Source: Squalus acanthias (lineage: Eukaryota). Taken from it: DNA of 64,000 nt. The notes beneath the pieces are model-generated. The model ran no database searches and had not been told where the DNA came from. It saw nothing but the letters and a program-made list of their open reading frames with translations. A program made the position numbers and the translations under genes. Position 1 is the stretch's first letter. Each line of letters starts with the position of its first letter. Of this stretch, positions 25,126-38,660 are shown piece after piece. Location of the stretch: NCBI GenBank assembly GCA_030390025.1, contig CM059432.1, positions 146,818,001-146,882,000 on the forward strand, given 5' to 3'.

Positions 25126-26902
25126 ATGCATTATCTATTTGGCCACAATCTGTTGAACTAGGAATCTACCCAATTCCCTGTTGGATGGTTTGGTGGAGTT
25201 ATATTTACACTGTTAGGTGACAATCTATTTTGTAAGTTAGAAATTGTGTGTGAAGAAGTTGGTCTTTACATTATAGGATTTTTTTTTTTTTTTTACAAAT
25301 TTGTGCATCCAGCACAAGAGCTTCACCCACCTGGAGCATATATCAGTAATTCGGGCCCAGTGGTCAACAGGACAGCAGGATTCCTTGCATTGGGTGCCTG
25401 CTCCCTGTACTGTTGGGCACAGAGACCTGAGGCCTACAACTGCACCTTGTGTGTTGCCAGTGATTGGGGGCTGGTAGCTGGCACGCAGGCTGTATGCTGG
25501 ACTCGTTGAGCCCCCAACTTTTGAGGAAAATGAGGCTGCCATCCCATAATGCAGTGGGAACTGAGAGGGAGGCTGCCAATGAAAAGAAAAATATTGGGGC
25601 ACTCCTGGCCCTTGGCTCCTACTGACACCCTTACCTCTCCCTTTGCCGGGTGCCCATCTATGACCCTCTTGCCCTGTGCTTGATGTCCCTTTGCCCACAC
25701 TGAACAGTTGCAAAGTGTACTAATGAAGTAGACAGCAGTCCTTCACTGACATGGCAGCTTTGGCACTTTATCAACATCGTAAACACTCGGAGCATCAGAA
25801 AATGATGGCTAGGAGCTGACCATGTGTTATCCAGTGAAAGCAGCTCACATATGCACAGACAAGCACAGCCCCAACTTGTTTATTAAAAGATTCATCATGT
25901 TCTTTAGTTCCCCCTTTTTCTGCACAAAATCTCTATAATTCAATCCACTGAAGCTCCTTTGTAATTTAAATAAAAAAGGATCATGGATTTTCTTCATTTA
26001 TTTTTTGATCTGTGTGATTTATCACTAAATTGAGCTGAAATCCCAACTCAGCGCGCACAGACGGGATTAAAAAGCAGAATCAAAATGTAAATCCACAGTC
26101 TAAAAATGAAAACAAGTTGGTCCGATGCCCACTGCTGAGGACCTCAGACAATTAAGTCAGATTCAGTGGTTCTGAGTTAATAGGCTTGAGGTGCAAGGTA
26201 CCAGTGCAAACCACTTCAAAAAAAACCTCTGGATCTAATTGCCCCAACCCCAGCAGGTGTGGGATCATCAGCAAGCACTAATCTGCCGACTCCTGGCTTG
26301 TGTCCATCCGCAAAGCTGGGATTTCTCCAACCGAGATAAGCAAACCTCAAATCTCTGGGATTGGGATAAGCAAACGTAAATCTCATCCTGAAATGAGCAA
26401 GCAGCAAAATTGTCTAATGGGGACAGCCATGTTCCAACTCTGCTTAGGAAGGACAAAATAACCTGCATTTACGTAACATCTGATCATGTCCTCAGAATCT
26501 CCCAAACTGCTTCACAAGCAATTCATTATTTTTGCAGGCTGTGGAATGTATTGATGATTAAAGCAGAGAACGTGTTAATATTTATAAATAGGATTAGCAA
26601 GGTGGTGGGGGAAAAAAAGAGGGATATGGAACATGGACATAGGGTGTGGAGCATAAGCACCAACAGGGACTGGTTGCCTGTTCCCGTGTTGTAATTTTAT
26701 GTCATTCAGTGGAATTTTCTGGGGGGAACCACGAGTGCAGACTCTGCTAGAAATGCTTATAGAAGGGACATAGGAGGGGTGGGGCAGCGTTTAGAAGGAC
26801 TGAGTCCAATTTTAAATCTGCTGCCTCTATGCTATCCTCCACCCATAGTGGCCCAGTTTGGGTGCTGAGTAGAGGGGAAATGTGCTCAGGTCTCTCATTG
26901 AA

Positions 26903-28045
26903 ACATAGGGACATGAGTAGACCATTCAGCCCCTAGAACCTGTTCCGCCATTCAGTTAGATCATGGCTGATCTGTATCTTAACTCCATCTAGCCACCTTG
27001 GTAGCATAACCCTTAATATCTTTGACTGACAACCTATCAATCTAAGTATTGAAATTTTCAATTGACCCACCCCCCCCCCCCCAGCCTCAACAGCTTTTTG
27101 AAGGAGAGAATTCCAGATTTCCACTACCCATTGTGTGAAGAAGTGGTTCTTGACATCATCCTTGAACTGCCTAGCTCTAATTTTAAGGTTATAGAGTCAT
27201 AGAATAGTGCAGCACAGAAGGAGGCCATTCGGCCCATCGAGTCTGCGCCATCTCTTTCAAAGAGCAATCCAGTTAGTCCCACTCCCTGCTCTTTCCCCGT
27301 ATCCCTGAAATTATTTCTCCTTCAAGTATTTATCCAATTCCCTTTTGAAGGCTACTATTGAATCTGTTACCACCACCCTATCAGGCAGTGCATTCCAAAC
27401 CTTGACCACTTGTTGCGTACAAAAGTTTTTCCTCATGTCGCCTCTGGTTCTTTTGACAATCACCTTAAATCTTTGCCCTCTGGTTATCGACCCTTCAGCC
27501 ATTGGAAACAGTTTCTCTTTATTTACTCTATCTAAACCCTTCATGATTTGAAACACCTCTATCAAATCTCCTTAGCCTTCATTGCTTGAAGGAGAACAAC
27601 CCCAGCTTCTCCAGAGGAAATAGTTTCTCTCTATCGACCCTATCAAATCCTTTAATCATCTTAAACACCTCAATTAGTTCACCCCTTAATCTTGTATAGT
27701 CCAGGGAATACAAGCCTAGTCTGTGCAACCTGCCCTCATAATTTAACCCTTTTAGCCCCGGTATCATTCTGGTGAATCTGCACAGCACCCCCTCCAAGGC
27801 CAATATATCCTTCCTGAGGTGCGGTGCCCAGAACTAAAAGCAGTACTTCTGATGGGATCTAACCAGACATTTATATAACTGTAATATACCGACTACCCTG
27901 TTGTAGTCCAGCCCCCTTGAGATAAAGGCTAACATTCCATCAGCATTTTAAATGATTTTTTGTACCTGTCCACTAACTTTGTGATTTCTGTACATGGAAC
28001 CCTCAATCTCTCTGATCTTCCACAGTGAATAGCTTCTCACCATTT
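26903..28045 (-). mobile_element. Two nested CR1 3' fragments (inner one ~27190-27615)
   Basis: RFTRMIPGLKGLNYE...; KLFPMAEG...VWNALP. Confidence 0.85.
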
Positions 28046-28049
28046 AGAA

Positions 28050-29322
28050 GGCATGGCTAAGGTAGTAAATGAGTACTTTGCATCAATGTTTACCAAGGAA
28101 GAGGACTTTGCCAAAGCTACAGTAAACTTCTCTTCCTCTTCCTCTTCCTCGGAACCGAGGATGACTTGCTTCCACATTAAAAATGAGTTCTCAGGTGACT
28201 GATGAGTCCAATGCGGGACCTACAGTCTCTGTCACATGTGGGGCAGACGGTGGTTGAAGGGGCGGGTGGGTGGGGTGCTTGGGTTGACGTGCGCTGCTTG
28301 CGCTTGGCTTCCGCTTGCTCCCGGCGTACAGACTCGAGGTGTTTGGCGCCTTCCCGGATGCTTCTCCTCCACTTTGTGCGGTCTTGGGCCAGGAATTCCC
28401 AGGTGGCGGTGGGGATGTTGCACTTTATCAAGGAGGCTTTGAGGGTGTCCTTGAAGCAAGTAACAAGGAGATTGCCAGGATACTGGATGAGATAAAAATA
28501 GATAAAGAGGAGGTACTAGGACTGCTGGCGGAACTTAAAGTGGATAAGTCACCTGGTCCGATGGGATGCATCCTAGGTTGCTGAGGGAAGAAAGGGCAGA
28601 AGTTGCGGAGGTGCTGGTCACAATCTTCCAATCCTCCTTAGATACAGGTGTTTTGCCAGAGGACTGGAGCATTGCAAATGTTACACCCTTGTTCAAAAAG
28701 GGGTCAGTCAATTTAACATCAGTGGAGGGGAAGCTTTTAGAATCAATAATCCGGGAGAAAATGAACAGCCAATTGGACAAGCATGGACTAATAAAGGAGA
28801 GCCAGCAGGGATTTGTTACAGGCAAATCATATTTGACTGACTTGATTGAATTTTTTGATGAGGTAACAGAGAGGGTGGATGAGGGCAGTGTAGTTGATGT
28901 TGTGTATATGGACTTCCAAAAGGTGTTTGATAAAGTACCACATATCAGGCTTATGAGCAAAATTGAAGCCCATGGGATGAAAGGGGCAGTAGCAGCATGG
29001 ATACAAAATTGTCTAAGGGATAGAAAACAAGAGAGTTGTGGTGAATGGCTGTTTTTCGGATTGGAGGGAGGTATACAGTGGAGTTCCCCAAGGTTCAGTA
29101 CTAGGACCACTGCAGTTTTTGATATCCATTAATGACTTGGACTTGGGGATACAGGGCACAATTTTGAAATTTGCAGATGATGGGAAACTTTGAAGTGTAC
29201 TAAACAGAGAGGAAGATAGTAATAGACTTCAGGAGGTAGAATGGACGGACACCTGGCAGATGAAATTCAATGCAGGAAAGTGTGAGGTGATCCATTTTGG
29301 TAGGATGATTGAGGAGAGACAG
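28050..29322 (+). mobile_element. CR1 ORF2 internal fragment, split by an RTE
   Basis: PEDWSIANVTPLFKKG, VDVVYMDFQKVFDKVPH, KFADD. Confidence 0.9.
28127..28455 (-). mobile_element. RTE-clade LINE 3' fragment
   Basis: FKDTLKASL...WEFLAQDRTKWR...CPTCDRDCRSRIGLISHLRTH; GAA/GAG-type tail. Confidence 0.85.
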
Positions 29323-29764
29323 TCTACTGTAGTCTATTTCTGCCTCATTCCTCCAAAGTAAGCCTTACCTAACTCGAAAACCATGGTTCGTGACTCACTC
29401 TTCTCATTCTCCAACCTAATATCGAATTGAATCATTTCATGGTCACTGTTTCTTTACTGTTAGATTATTGACTAATTCTGGCTCATCACTAAATCTACAG
29501 AGTGATTGCTTGCACAGTGTATCAGTCCTTCTGCACCTGCGCACCTGTATGGGGGAGCATGAAGACCGTCTTGGCAGTCTGAAGATGCCTTGGGACTGCG
29601 CAGCACACTCGATCAGTTGTGCATGCGCCTACACCGTGCAGGCACCTAAACTCCGGAGAGCTGACTGGAGAGCAAACCGGAAGTGGGGCTGGCCAAAGCA
29701 CGTTGCCTTGCTTAGCCTGGAGCCTGGTGTTGCAAATAGACGCATGCGGAGCCTGGAGCCTTGT

Positions 29765-30200
29765 TGCCTGGATTACCTCATCTTTCTATTAAGCACTTTA
29801 CAGCCTTCTGGACTTAACATCGAGTTCAACAATTTCAGACTATAAATTGGCCCCTGTATTTCTTTATATATTTTTTTTCTCTTGTTTCCTCACATGATGC
29901 TGCCATCACCATTCACACATCATCTGGAGCCATCTTTTGTTACTGAACTTGTCCCATTACCATCTCCTTTTGCCTTGCACCATCATCCCTTTTGTCAGTC
30001 AATCTCTCCTGCCTTCCATCCTATCACAGACCTTCCCTTTGTTGTTTCCTCCCCTCCTCCCTGCCCCTGCTTTAAAATCTCTCTTCCCGAACCTTTTCCA
30101 GTTTTGACGAAGGGTTCGACCTGAAACATTGACTCTGTTTCTCTCTCCTCGATGCTGCCTGACCTGCTGAATGTTTCCAGCACTTTCTGTTGTTATTTTA
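29765..30200 (+). mobile_element. Penelope-like element 3' fragment (GIY-YIG C-terminus and terminal repeat)
   Basis: LIFLLSTLQPSGLNIEFNNF followed by ttgacgaagggttcgacctgaaac...gatgctgcctgacctgctga. Confidence 0.75.
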
Positions 30201-30719
30201 AAAGGATAAGGATTATTTGATTCGAAAATAATGAGTGAGTTCTTCAACTGATCGATGAACCTTTATAGATTATCATATTACTCATTACACATTTTCCTAC
30301 AATTTAGCCATTTGGTAGTATTATAATTATATTCAATTATATCTAAGGTGCAACATAGTTGATATGTACTAATTACATATAAATATGGTTAGGTTTCACT
30401 ACTGTTATGAATAAGTGTATTGTACTTATTCCAAATTAAACTTTTAGATGACGGTGTTACTGCTAAATCTTAGTCATTAAACTGAATATTAAGCATGGTA
30501 CTGAGTATATAAATGTGTTTTACTGGTACTATATTAGTCCACGCCAATGTGTTTCTGCAACAAGTTAACATACTTGAACAGATGTATTTTTAGATTGAAA
30601 GATATCCTATTAATGAGATATTTTCACATTCACCTCAAGTGTAAAGTATTCCATTTCAATATAAAATACCACTTCAATTTGTGTATTTGAAGGAAAGAAG
30701 ATGCTTCTGGCAAACTAGC

Positions 30720-30912
30720 ACAGACAGACGCACACCCCACGCACACACCCGCACCCTGCACCCTGCACACCCCCGCACCCCGCACCCGCATGCCCCCCAC
30801 ACCCGCCCCCACACACACCCGCACCCCACCCTCACCCCCCGCCCCTCACCACACACACGCCCCAACCACACCCGCCCCCCCCACACACCCGCACCCCACA
30901 CACACCCGCACC
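30720..30912. repeat. C/A-rich low-complexity repeat (CACCC-like)
   Basis: Degenerate cacccc/cacccg array. Confidence 0.9.
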
Positions 30913-32738
30913 CATTGGTTTATTTACTGGCAAATCCTTACTAGCTTCCTGCTGTGGTAGCACCACACAAGATCCGGAGGCCATCGTATATTTGCATTTC
31001 TTGTTTTCCATTTCCTATTTTAATTAACATTTCTGCCTTAAAGCTGTAGCCTTGACCTTGGTCACTTCGTTCTGAATTAAAGAATTTTTATCACTTCCAG
31101 AAGAAAAAAACAAACTCCAAAGAAGTAACTAACCCACTAGTGTGTAAAGTCTTTAGGGGAAAAATTAGTGTTCGCCAGTAAAGTTGCCTCTTCTGTGTCT
31201 TCCCCCGAGAACACAAGACATAAGAAATAGGAGCTGGAGTAGACCATCTGGCCCTTCGAATCTACTCCGCCATCCAACTGATCCAACTGATCTGGCTGAC
31301 CTTCTAACTCAACTCCACCTTCCCACTCTATCCCCATATCCCTTAATTTCTTTAGTTCTCAAAAATGTATCGATCTCTGTCTTGAATATACTCAACGACT
31401 GAGCATCCACAGCTCTCTGGGCTAGAGAATTCCAAAGATTCACAACACTTTGAGTGAAGAAATTTCTTCTCCTCTCTCAGTCCTAAATGGCCGACCCCTT
31501 ATTCTGTGACTGTGACCCTGTGTTCTAGATTCCCCAGCCAGGGAAACATTTTCCCAGCATTAACCCTGTCAGCCCCCTTAAGAATTTTACATGTTTCAAT
31601 TAGATCACCTTTCATTCTTCTAAACTCAAGGGAATATAGGCCTAGTCTACTCACTCTCTCCTCATAGGGCAATCCCCTCATCCCAGGAACCAGTCTAGTG
31701 AACCTTCGCTGCACTCACTTTAAGGCAAGTATGTCTTTCCTTAGGTAGGAGACCAGAACTGTACACAGTACCCAGGTGTGGCCTCACCAATGCTCTGTAC
31801 AATTGTAGTAAGACTTCTTTACTCTTATACTCTAATCCCTTTGTAACAAAAGCTAACATGCTTGCTTTACCTGCATGTTAACTTTCTGTGAGTCATGTAC
31901 AAGGACACCAGATCCCTCTGAATGCAAACATTTCCCAGTCTCTTACCATTCAAAAAATATTCTGCTTTTGTTTCCTACCAAAGTGGATAACTTCACACTT
32001 CCCCACATTGTATTCCATTTGCCAAGTTCTTGCCCACTCAGTCAACCTGTCTATATCTCTCTGCAGCCTGTTTGCGTCCTTCTCACAGCTTACTTTCCCA
32101 CCTAACTTTGTATCATCAGCAAACTTGGATATGTTACACTCGGTCCCTTCTTCTAAGTCATTGATATAGATTGTAAATAGCTGCGGCCCAAGCACTGATC
32201 CTTGCGGTACCCCGCTAGTTACAGTCTGCCAACCTGATAAAGTCTTGTTTATTCCTACTCTCTTTTCTGTCCATTAACCAATCCTCAATCCATGCTAATA
32301 TATTACTCCCGATCCCATGAGTACTAATTTTGCGTAATAACCTCTTGTGTGGCACCTTATCAAATGCTTTTTGAAAATCCAAAAACACTATATCCACTGC
32401 TACCCCCTTATCCATCCTACTAGTTACATCGTCAAAAAACTCTAAAAGATTTGTCAAACACGATTTCCCTTTCATAAAACCATCTTGACTCTGCCGAATC
32501 ATATTATGATTTTTTAAGCGCCCTGTTACCACTTCCCTAATAATAGATTCTAGCCTACTACTGATGTCAGGCTAACTGGCCTGTAGTTTCCCATTTTTTC
32601 TCTTCCTCCTTTCTTAAATAGCGGGGTTATGTTCGCTACCTTCCAATCCTTGGGGACTGTTCTAGAATCTAGGGAACTCTGGAAGATTAATACCAGTGCA
32701 TCCACTATCTCTCTGCAGCTACCTCTTTTAAAACACTA

Positions 32739-33505
32739 GGGGCTGGATTTTGTCAATGGGGGTGCGTTGGGGGCGGGACTGCTGGTTGTCGGGTTTAAAT
32801 CCCGCCCCCAACGATGTCCGGCCAATCCACGCTATTTTCCCTTGACTGACCTTGTTAAGCCCGCCCTGCGTTTATTTTGTCAAAAATTTTTTGACAGATG
32901 AATTGTCAGCGATTGACAGCTTAGAGAAGCTGTCAAACACTGACAATCTCTGTTCTATGGTGAGACCTTGCACTGAAGGCTCACCAAAACCTATTTCCGC
33001 AGCAGAAATCAGATGGCTGCTGCATCTGAGAATGCATCAGCCATTCTGTCATCTCTGCCGTTGAGATGAGGAACCTCCGGATCCCCAAGGGTTGAAGCCT
33101 GCCGGAAGAAGCAAAGGTAAGGAAACTTTTTCTAACACTTTACACTCACCTCTCATACTTACCTCTCCACACTTGCACCCACCGCTCACCTCCACAGCGG
33201 ACTTTTCGATCCCTCTCACCCCCGCAGACCCACGGCTCGCCTCGCTGACCCTGACGGGGTTTCCCGACATCGGGAAGCCCGCACTTGCAGGGGTGAAATG
33301 GGGATAAGCCTCAAAACTGCATGTGAACTACTTATTAACAGGCAGTTAATTGGCTGTAATTCCCTTCCCTCCTCGAGGTGATGGGTCCCTGCGCGAGTTG
33401 GGGACCCGCCTCCCGGGACGATGGCTGAACCCGCTACCAGTTTCTGCCATTTTCCCAGCAGTCCCGCCTCCATACCCACCTCCCCAGGGTTGGAAAGATT
33501 CCCCT
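32739..33505. mobile_element. Harbinger-type MITE inside CR1 ORF2
   Basis: GGGGCTGGATTTT...AAGATTCCCCT, TSD CTA/CTA; CR1 resumes on both sides. Confidence 0.8.
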
Positions 33506-34108
33506 CTAAGATGCAGGTCGTCAGCTCCAGGGGATTTGTTGCCACTTTGTCCCATTAATTTCTCCAGTACTATGTCTTATACTGATTTCAAGTTCCTCAT
33601 TCTCTCTAGACCCGTGGTTCCCCATTATATCCTGAATGTTTTTTGTGCCTTCTACTGTTAAGACAGATACAAAGTATTTGTTTAATGTCTCTGCCATTTC
33701 CTTATTGGCTATTATAATTTCTCCTGTCTCTGCTTCTGCCTCTAATGGGCCCATGTTTACTTTCACTAATCTCTTCCTATTTACATACCTATAGAAATAT
33801 TTACAATCTGTTTTTATGTCTCTTGCTAATTTACTCTCATATTCTTTTTTTCTCTTTTCTTATCAAATTTGTGGTCCTCCTTTGCTGAATTCTAAAATCC
33901 TCCCAATCCTCAGGCTTACTATTCTTTTTGGCAACATTATAAGCCTTTTCCTTTGATCAAATACTATCTTTAACGTCTCTTGTTAGCCACGGTTGGACCA
34001 CTTTTCCTGTGGGGTATTTGTGCCTTAAAGAAATGTATATTTGTTGTAAATTATGTATTAATTCTTTAAATGCTAGCCATTGCTCTTCCACTGTCATACC
34101 TTTTAATG

Positions 34109-34326
34109 AGAAGTCACACAACACCAGGTTATAGTCCAACAGTTTTATTTGAAATTACGAGCTTTCGGAGCTCTGCTCCTTCTACAGGTACAGTGAGGGA
34201 ATACAAACCTGAAGAAGAAGCAGAGCTCCGAAAGCTCGTAATTTCAAATAAAACTGTTGGACTATAATCTGGTGTTGTGCGACTTCTCATTTTTGTCCAC
34301 CCCAGTCCAACACCGGCATCTCCGCA
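34109..34326. mobile_element. Second Penelope-derived palindromic element
   Basis: ~80-bp inverted arms (acaacaccaggttatagtccaacag.../ctgttggactataatctggtgttgtg); 15-bp direct repeat tcataccttttaatg at 34094 and 34327. Confidence 0.8.
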
Positions 34327-36744
34327 TCATACCTTTTAATGTAGGTTTCCAATCTACCTTAGTCAACTCGCCCCTCATACCTACATAGTTTGCTTTGTTT
34401 AGATTCAAGGCCCTAGTTTCAGACTTAACTAAATCACTTTCAAACTCAATATAAAATTCTATCATATTATGATCACTCTTCCCTATAGGTCCCTTTACTA
34501 CAAGGTTATTAATCCTTTCTCATTGCACAATACGAGATCTAAAATAACTTGTTCCCTAGTTGGTTCCTCAACATACTGGTCTAGAAAACTATCTTGTATA
34601 CATTCCATGAACTTGTCCCCCACACTATTGCTGCAAATTTGGTTTGCCCAGTCTGTATGTAGATTAAAGTCTCCCATGATTACTGTATTACCCTTGTTAC
34701 ATGCGCCTCTAATTTCCCGATTTATACTGTACCCTACATTACAAACACTGTTTGGGGGGCTATAAATAACTCCCACCAATGTTTTCTGCCCCTTGCTGTT
34801 TCTTAGCTCCACCCAAACTGATTCTACTTCTTGATTTTCGGAGCTAAGATCCTTTCTCTCTACTGTCTTTATCCTATCCTTTATTATCAGGGCTACCCTT
34901 CCTCCTTTTCCATTTTGCCTCTCTCTTCTAAAAGTTAAGTATCCTAGAATATTTAGTTCTCAACCTTGGTCACTTTGCAACCACATCTCCGTAATGGCTA
35001 TTAGATCACATCTATTAATTTCTTTCTGCGCTATTAATTCATCTATTTTGTTGCGAATGTTTCGCGCATTCAGATATAGTGCCTTTAACTTTGACTTATT
35101 TCTATTTTTCCCTGATGTCACCTTAGTCACTGATGCCTTATTACCTTTGTTCAGCTCTCTGTCCCTTCCTGACCCACTTATTTTTACCCAAAACTCTGCT
35201 CTACTCTAGAGCCTTGCTGCTTTTAAATTGACTCTTTCCTGAATCCTCCCACCTACCCCTTCATTAGTTTAAAGCCTGTCTACTGCCCTAGTTATTCGAT
35301 TCACCAGGACACTGGTCCAAGCCCGGTTTAAGTGGAGCCCGTCCCAACAGAACGGCTCCATCTTTCCCCAGTACTGGTGCCAGTGGCCCAATGAATCAAA
35401 ACTCCTCCTTCCCACACCACTCTTTGAGCCACACATTTAACCTTCTAATCTGCTTATCCCTATGCCAATCGGTGTGTTGCTCAGCTAACAATCCAGAGAT
35501 TATTATCTTTGAGGTTCCCTTTTTAATTTACACCCCAACTCCTCAAACTCTCTTAGCAGAACCTTATTCCTAGTTCTATCTATGTTGTTGGTTCCTACGT
35601 GGACCGCATCAACTGGATCCTCCCCTCCCACTCCAGGTTCTTTTCCAGCCGTGAGGAGATGTCTTTAACCCTGGCACTGGGCAGGCAACACAGCCTTCAG
35701 AACTCCTGGTCGTGGCGGCAGAGAGCAGTATTTAACCCTCTGACTATACTGTCTCCTACCACAACTACATTCCCTTTCACTTCCCCCACTTGAATGGCCT
35801 CCTGTGCCATGGTGCCATGGTCAACCTGCTCATCCATCCTGCAGGCTTTTCCCTCATCCACACAGGCAGCAAGAACCTCATACCTGTTGGACAAGGGCAA
35901 AGGCTGAGGCTCCTCCAGCACTGCACCCGGGGTCTCCTTACCTGCCTGAGTTGCAGTCACATCCTCCTGTCCCTGACCACTAACCAGACCTGTACCACTA
36001 CCTAACCTAAGGGGTGTGACTGCCTCCTGGATCAAAGTGTCCAGGTAACTCTCCCCCTCACTGATGCCCTGCAATGTCTGCACCTCAGACTCCAGCTCAA
36101 AAACTCTGAGCTGAAGTTCCTCAAGATGCAGGCACTTACTGCAAACGTGGTTGTCCGGGATCACAATGCTCTCCACAAACTCCCACATGCTGCAGTTGTG
36201 GCACACCACCTGCACTGCCATCCCTATATGACCTTGTTTTATTTAATTAAATTTGTATTTAAGTAACTTAGTTTACGGTTTAGTTTCTTGACTACTTACT
36301 TGATCTAGATTAAGTTATGGGTAAATGAAATTAAATATCTACCTGTAACACACAGCACTACAAGTAGTGGAGGCAAAAAGCAGGACCTCCTTCCCCCTCA
36401 TCTCCGAATTCCCAAATAAAACACTCTGTTTAAGTGCACTCCATTTAATCCCGCTCTGTGCTTCTGCAGAACTGTTTACTTTTATACTCTAGGAGCCTCA
36501 CCCAAGTTACAAGTGTTGACTCGGCTCCCCTGCTCCTGATGATTAGCGCCTATTCAAGACAAACACTTACAGCTGACTGACAGTTAAATGCCACTGGCAG
36601 GCAGCTTCTGTTAACTGCAGTTTTTAAAGTTCCAGGTTAAAATCAAAATGTTAAACTAAATTTCCCTTTTTACATCTACTACTCACCCAATATTTACCAG
36701 AGACTCCCACTCTCTCCAAATTCCCGAATAAAATACTCTGTGAG

Positions 36745-36890
36745 CGGATGCTGTAAATGTGAAATGACAGCATAAAATGCTGGAAATACTCAGCAGGTCA
36801 GGCAGCATCTCGACCTGAGCCGTGAACTCTGTTTTTCTCTCCACGGATGTTGCGTGACCTGCTGAGTATTTGTAGCATGTTCTGTCTTCT
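36745..36890. mobile_element. Penelope-derived palindrome (first family), internally deleted; another at 37535-37645
   Basis: aaatgctggaaatactcagcaggtca...tgacctgctgagtattt. Confidence 0.7.
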
Positions 36891-37812
36891 CAAAGGCCTT
36901 CATTTACCATCCAGCCCTTGCAAGAGTCCAGCAGTACTCCCTACACACACTTAAAAAAACTTTTCACATCTGCAGCAGCAAGCCACCACTACATTAAAAT
37001 TAAAAAAAACAGTCCAAAACCTTAAATCCAAGTTTACCTGAACGATGTGTCTGTCCCTTTAAGAGGTGCTAGTCTTTGCCACTGTCAGCCTGCTTACATG
37101 CCAGGTTAACCTTGCGTACTTCGGACCCAGTGCTGAATTCAGTGCTAGGGTAGAAGTTCGCGCTTGTGACGTAAAGTTGGCATTGCATGCTGATTTTCGT
37201 CACAGCGCCGCCATTTTGTTGGAGATGGTGCTGCCAGTTACCAAAATGGCGGCCGCCGCGGGACCCACCAGCAGTTAGCAAAAGAGCGGCGGCCACCGTT
37301 TCAGCATCATTTAATGGCGCTACAGTGTGGCGCTAAGGCCACAAATTTCTCGCCCTTTTATTTTACCAGCCAAGGACAACTATAATTACAATCTCAGAAC
37401 ACTAGATAACATAGGATCTTCACAAATCTAACTACAGCTCCCCACTTTGTGCATTCTACCATATCACCATTCTCACATCATTTGCACCTTCCTTAGCCAT
37501 ACTGTACAATCACAGCAGCACTCTGAACTCTGTACGATAGCAAAATACTGCGGATGCTGGAAATCCGAAATAACAACAGAAAACGCTGGAAAAACTCAGC
37601 AGGCCTGCTGAGTTTTTCCAGCGTTTTCTGTTGTTATCTCTGAACTCTGTAGCCTGCCTTTCCGACACATTCCGGACAAACTGTTGATGTGTCTGGTCCC
37701 CCAAGGGGACCAATCAAAAATCTGGTCCAACCCACTTGTGTTGCAAATAGACGCAGCCCTAAATCAAATATGGCCTGTATGGTCTGTTCTCTTGTTGGTT
37801 CAAGAACATATT

Positions 37813-38660
37813 GGCCACGATTTTCTCCTCGGTGTCGGGTTGGGTGCGGGACAGCTGGTTTCCGGCTTCCAGTCCCGCCCCCAGCTGCCTCCGCTCCACA
37901 GACGGGATTTTCCCTTGATTGACCTTGTTAAGCCCCGCCCTGCGGGCTTGCTGGCCAATTAACAGGAAGCGGGTCTGATGAGGTCATTTGATGATGCGTC
38001 ATCTGCCGGTTTCCTTAAAGGGACCACACACAATTTTATTTTGACAGTTGATTTCTCAGTGTTTGACAGCATTGAGGGGCTGAAAACACTGACAATCACT
38101 GCACAAAGATGAACTCTCGCACGCAGGCTCTCCAATGACTCCCTCCATATGCTGGAATAGATGGCAGCTGCAGGTGAGATGACAGAAGCGATCTGTCACT
38201 GGTGAGAGAGACATATGGTTGGATTTAAAAACTTGTAAGCTAAAGAAATCTGTATATGTTTAAAAAATGCAGTAACCAACATTTTCTTTGCTCTGAAACT
38301 CACCATGTGCAACATTGGATCCTTCACACCACCTCTGCAGCTGTCATCTTTCCACAAACATTACAGCAGACTCACAACACGCCACACTTACCTGGCGTGG
38401 TGTCCGGATGTCGGGAAACCCGACCCAGAAGCGGGAAAATCGAAAAACAGGCTGAAAACTACTGACAAGTACCTGTTAATAGGCAGGTAATTGCCTTTAA
38501 TCTGTTTCCCCCCGCTAGGTGTCGGATCTATTCGCAAATCGGGGACCTGACACTTGGGAAAGCTGTTTGGAGGCGGTTGACGGCGGGTTCGGGACCCGCC
38601 GTCAATCAAGAGCACTTTAACCTCTGACCTGCTTCTCAGAGCGCCCCCAAAATCACGGCC
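37813..38660. mobile_element. Harbinger-type non-autonomous element
   Basis: GGCCACGATTTT...AAAATCACGGCC, TSD ATT/ATT; shares ggtttccttaaagggacca...ctccctccatatgct with 17572 and 46569. Confidence 0.85.

Larger units (their letters stand above)
31218..36740 (-). mobile_element. Near full-length decayed CR1 LINE (5' UTR, ORF1, ORF2) with two nested insertions
   Basis: ORF1 from 36221: CxxC..CxxC zinc finger/leucine zipper, LSNRYEVL, VVVGDSIVRG (SGNH esterase). ORF2: GVIYSPP, MGDFN, DFQKAFDKVPH, KFADDTK. Confidence 0.92.

Noticed and set aside
30630..30944. His/Pro/Thr-rich and Gly/Val/Cys-rich ORFs
   Set aside because: Translations of a low-complexity repeat.
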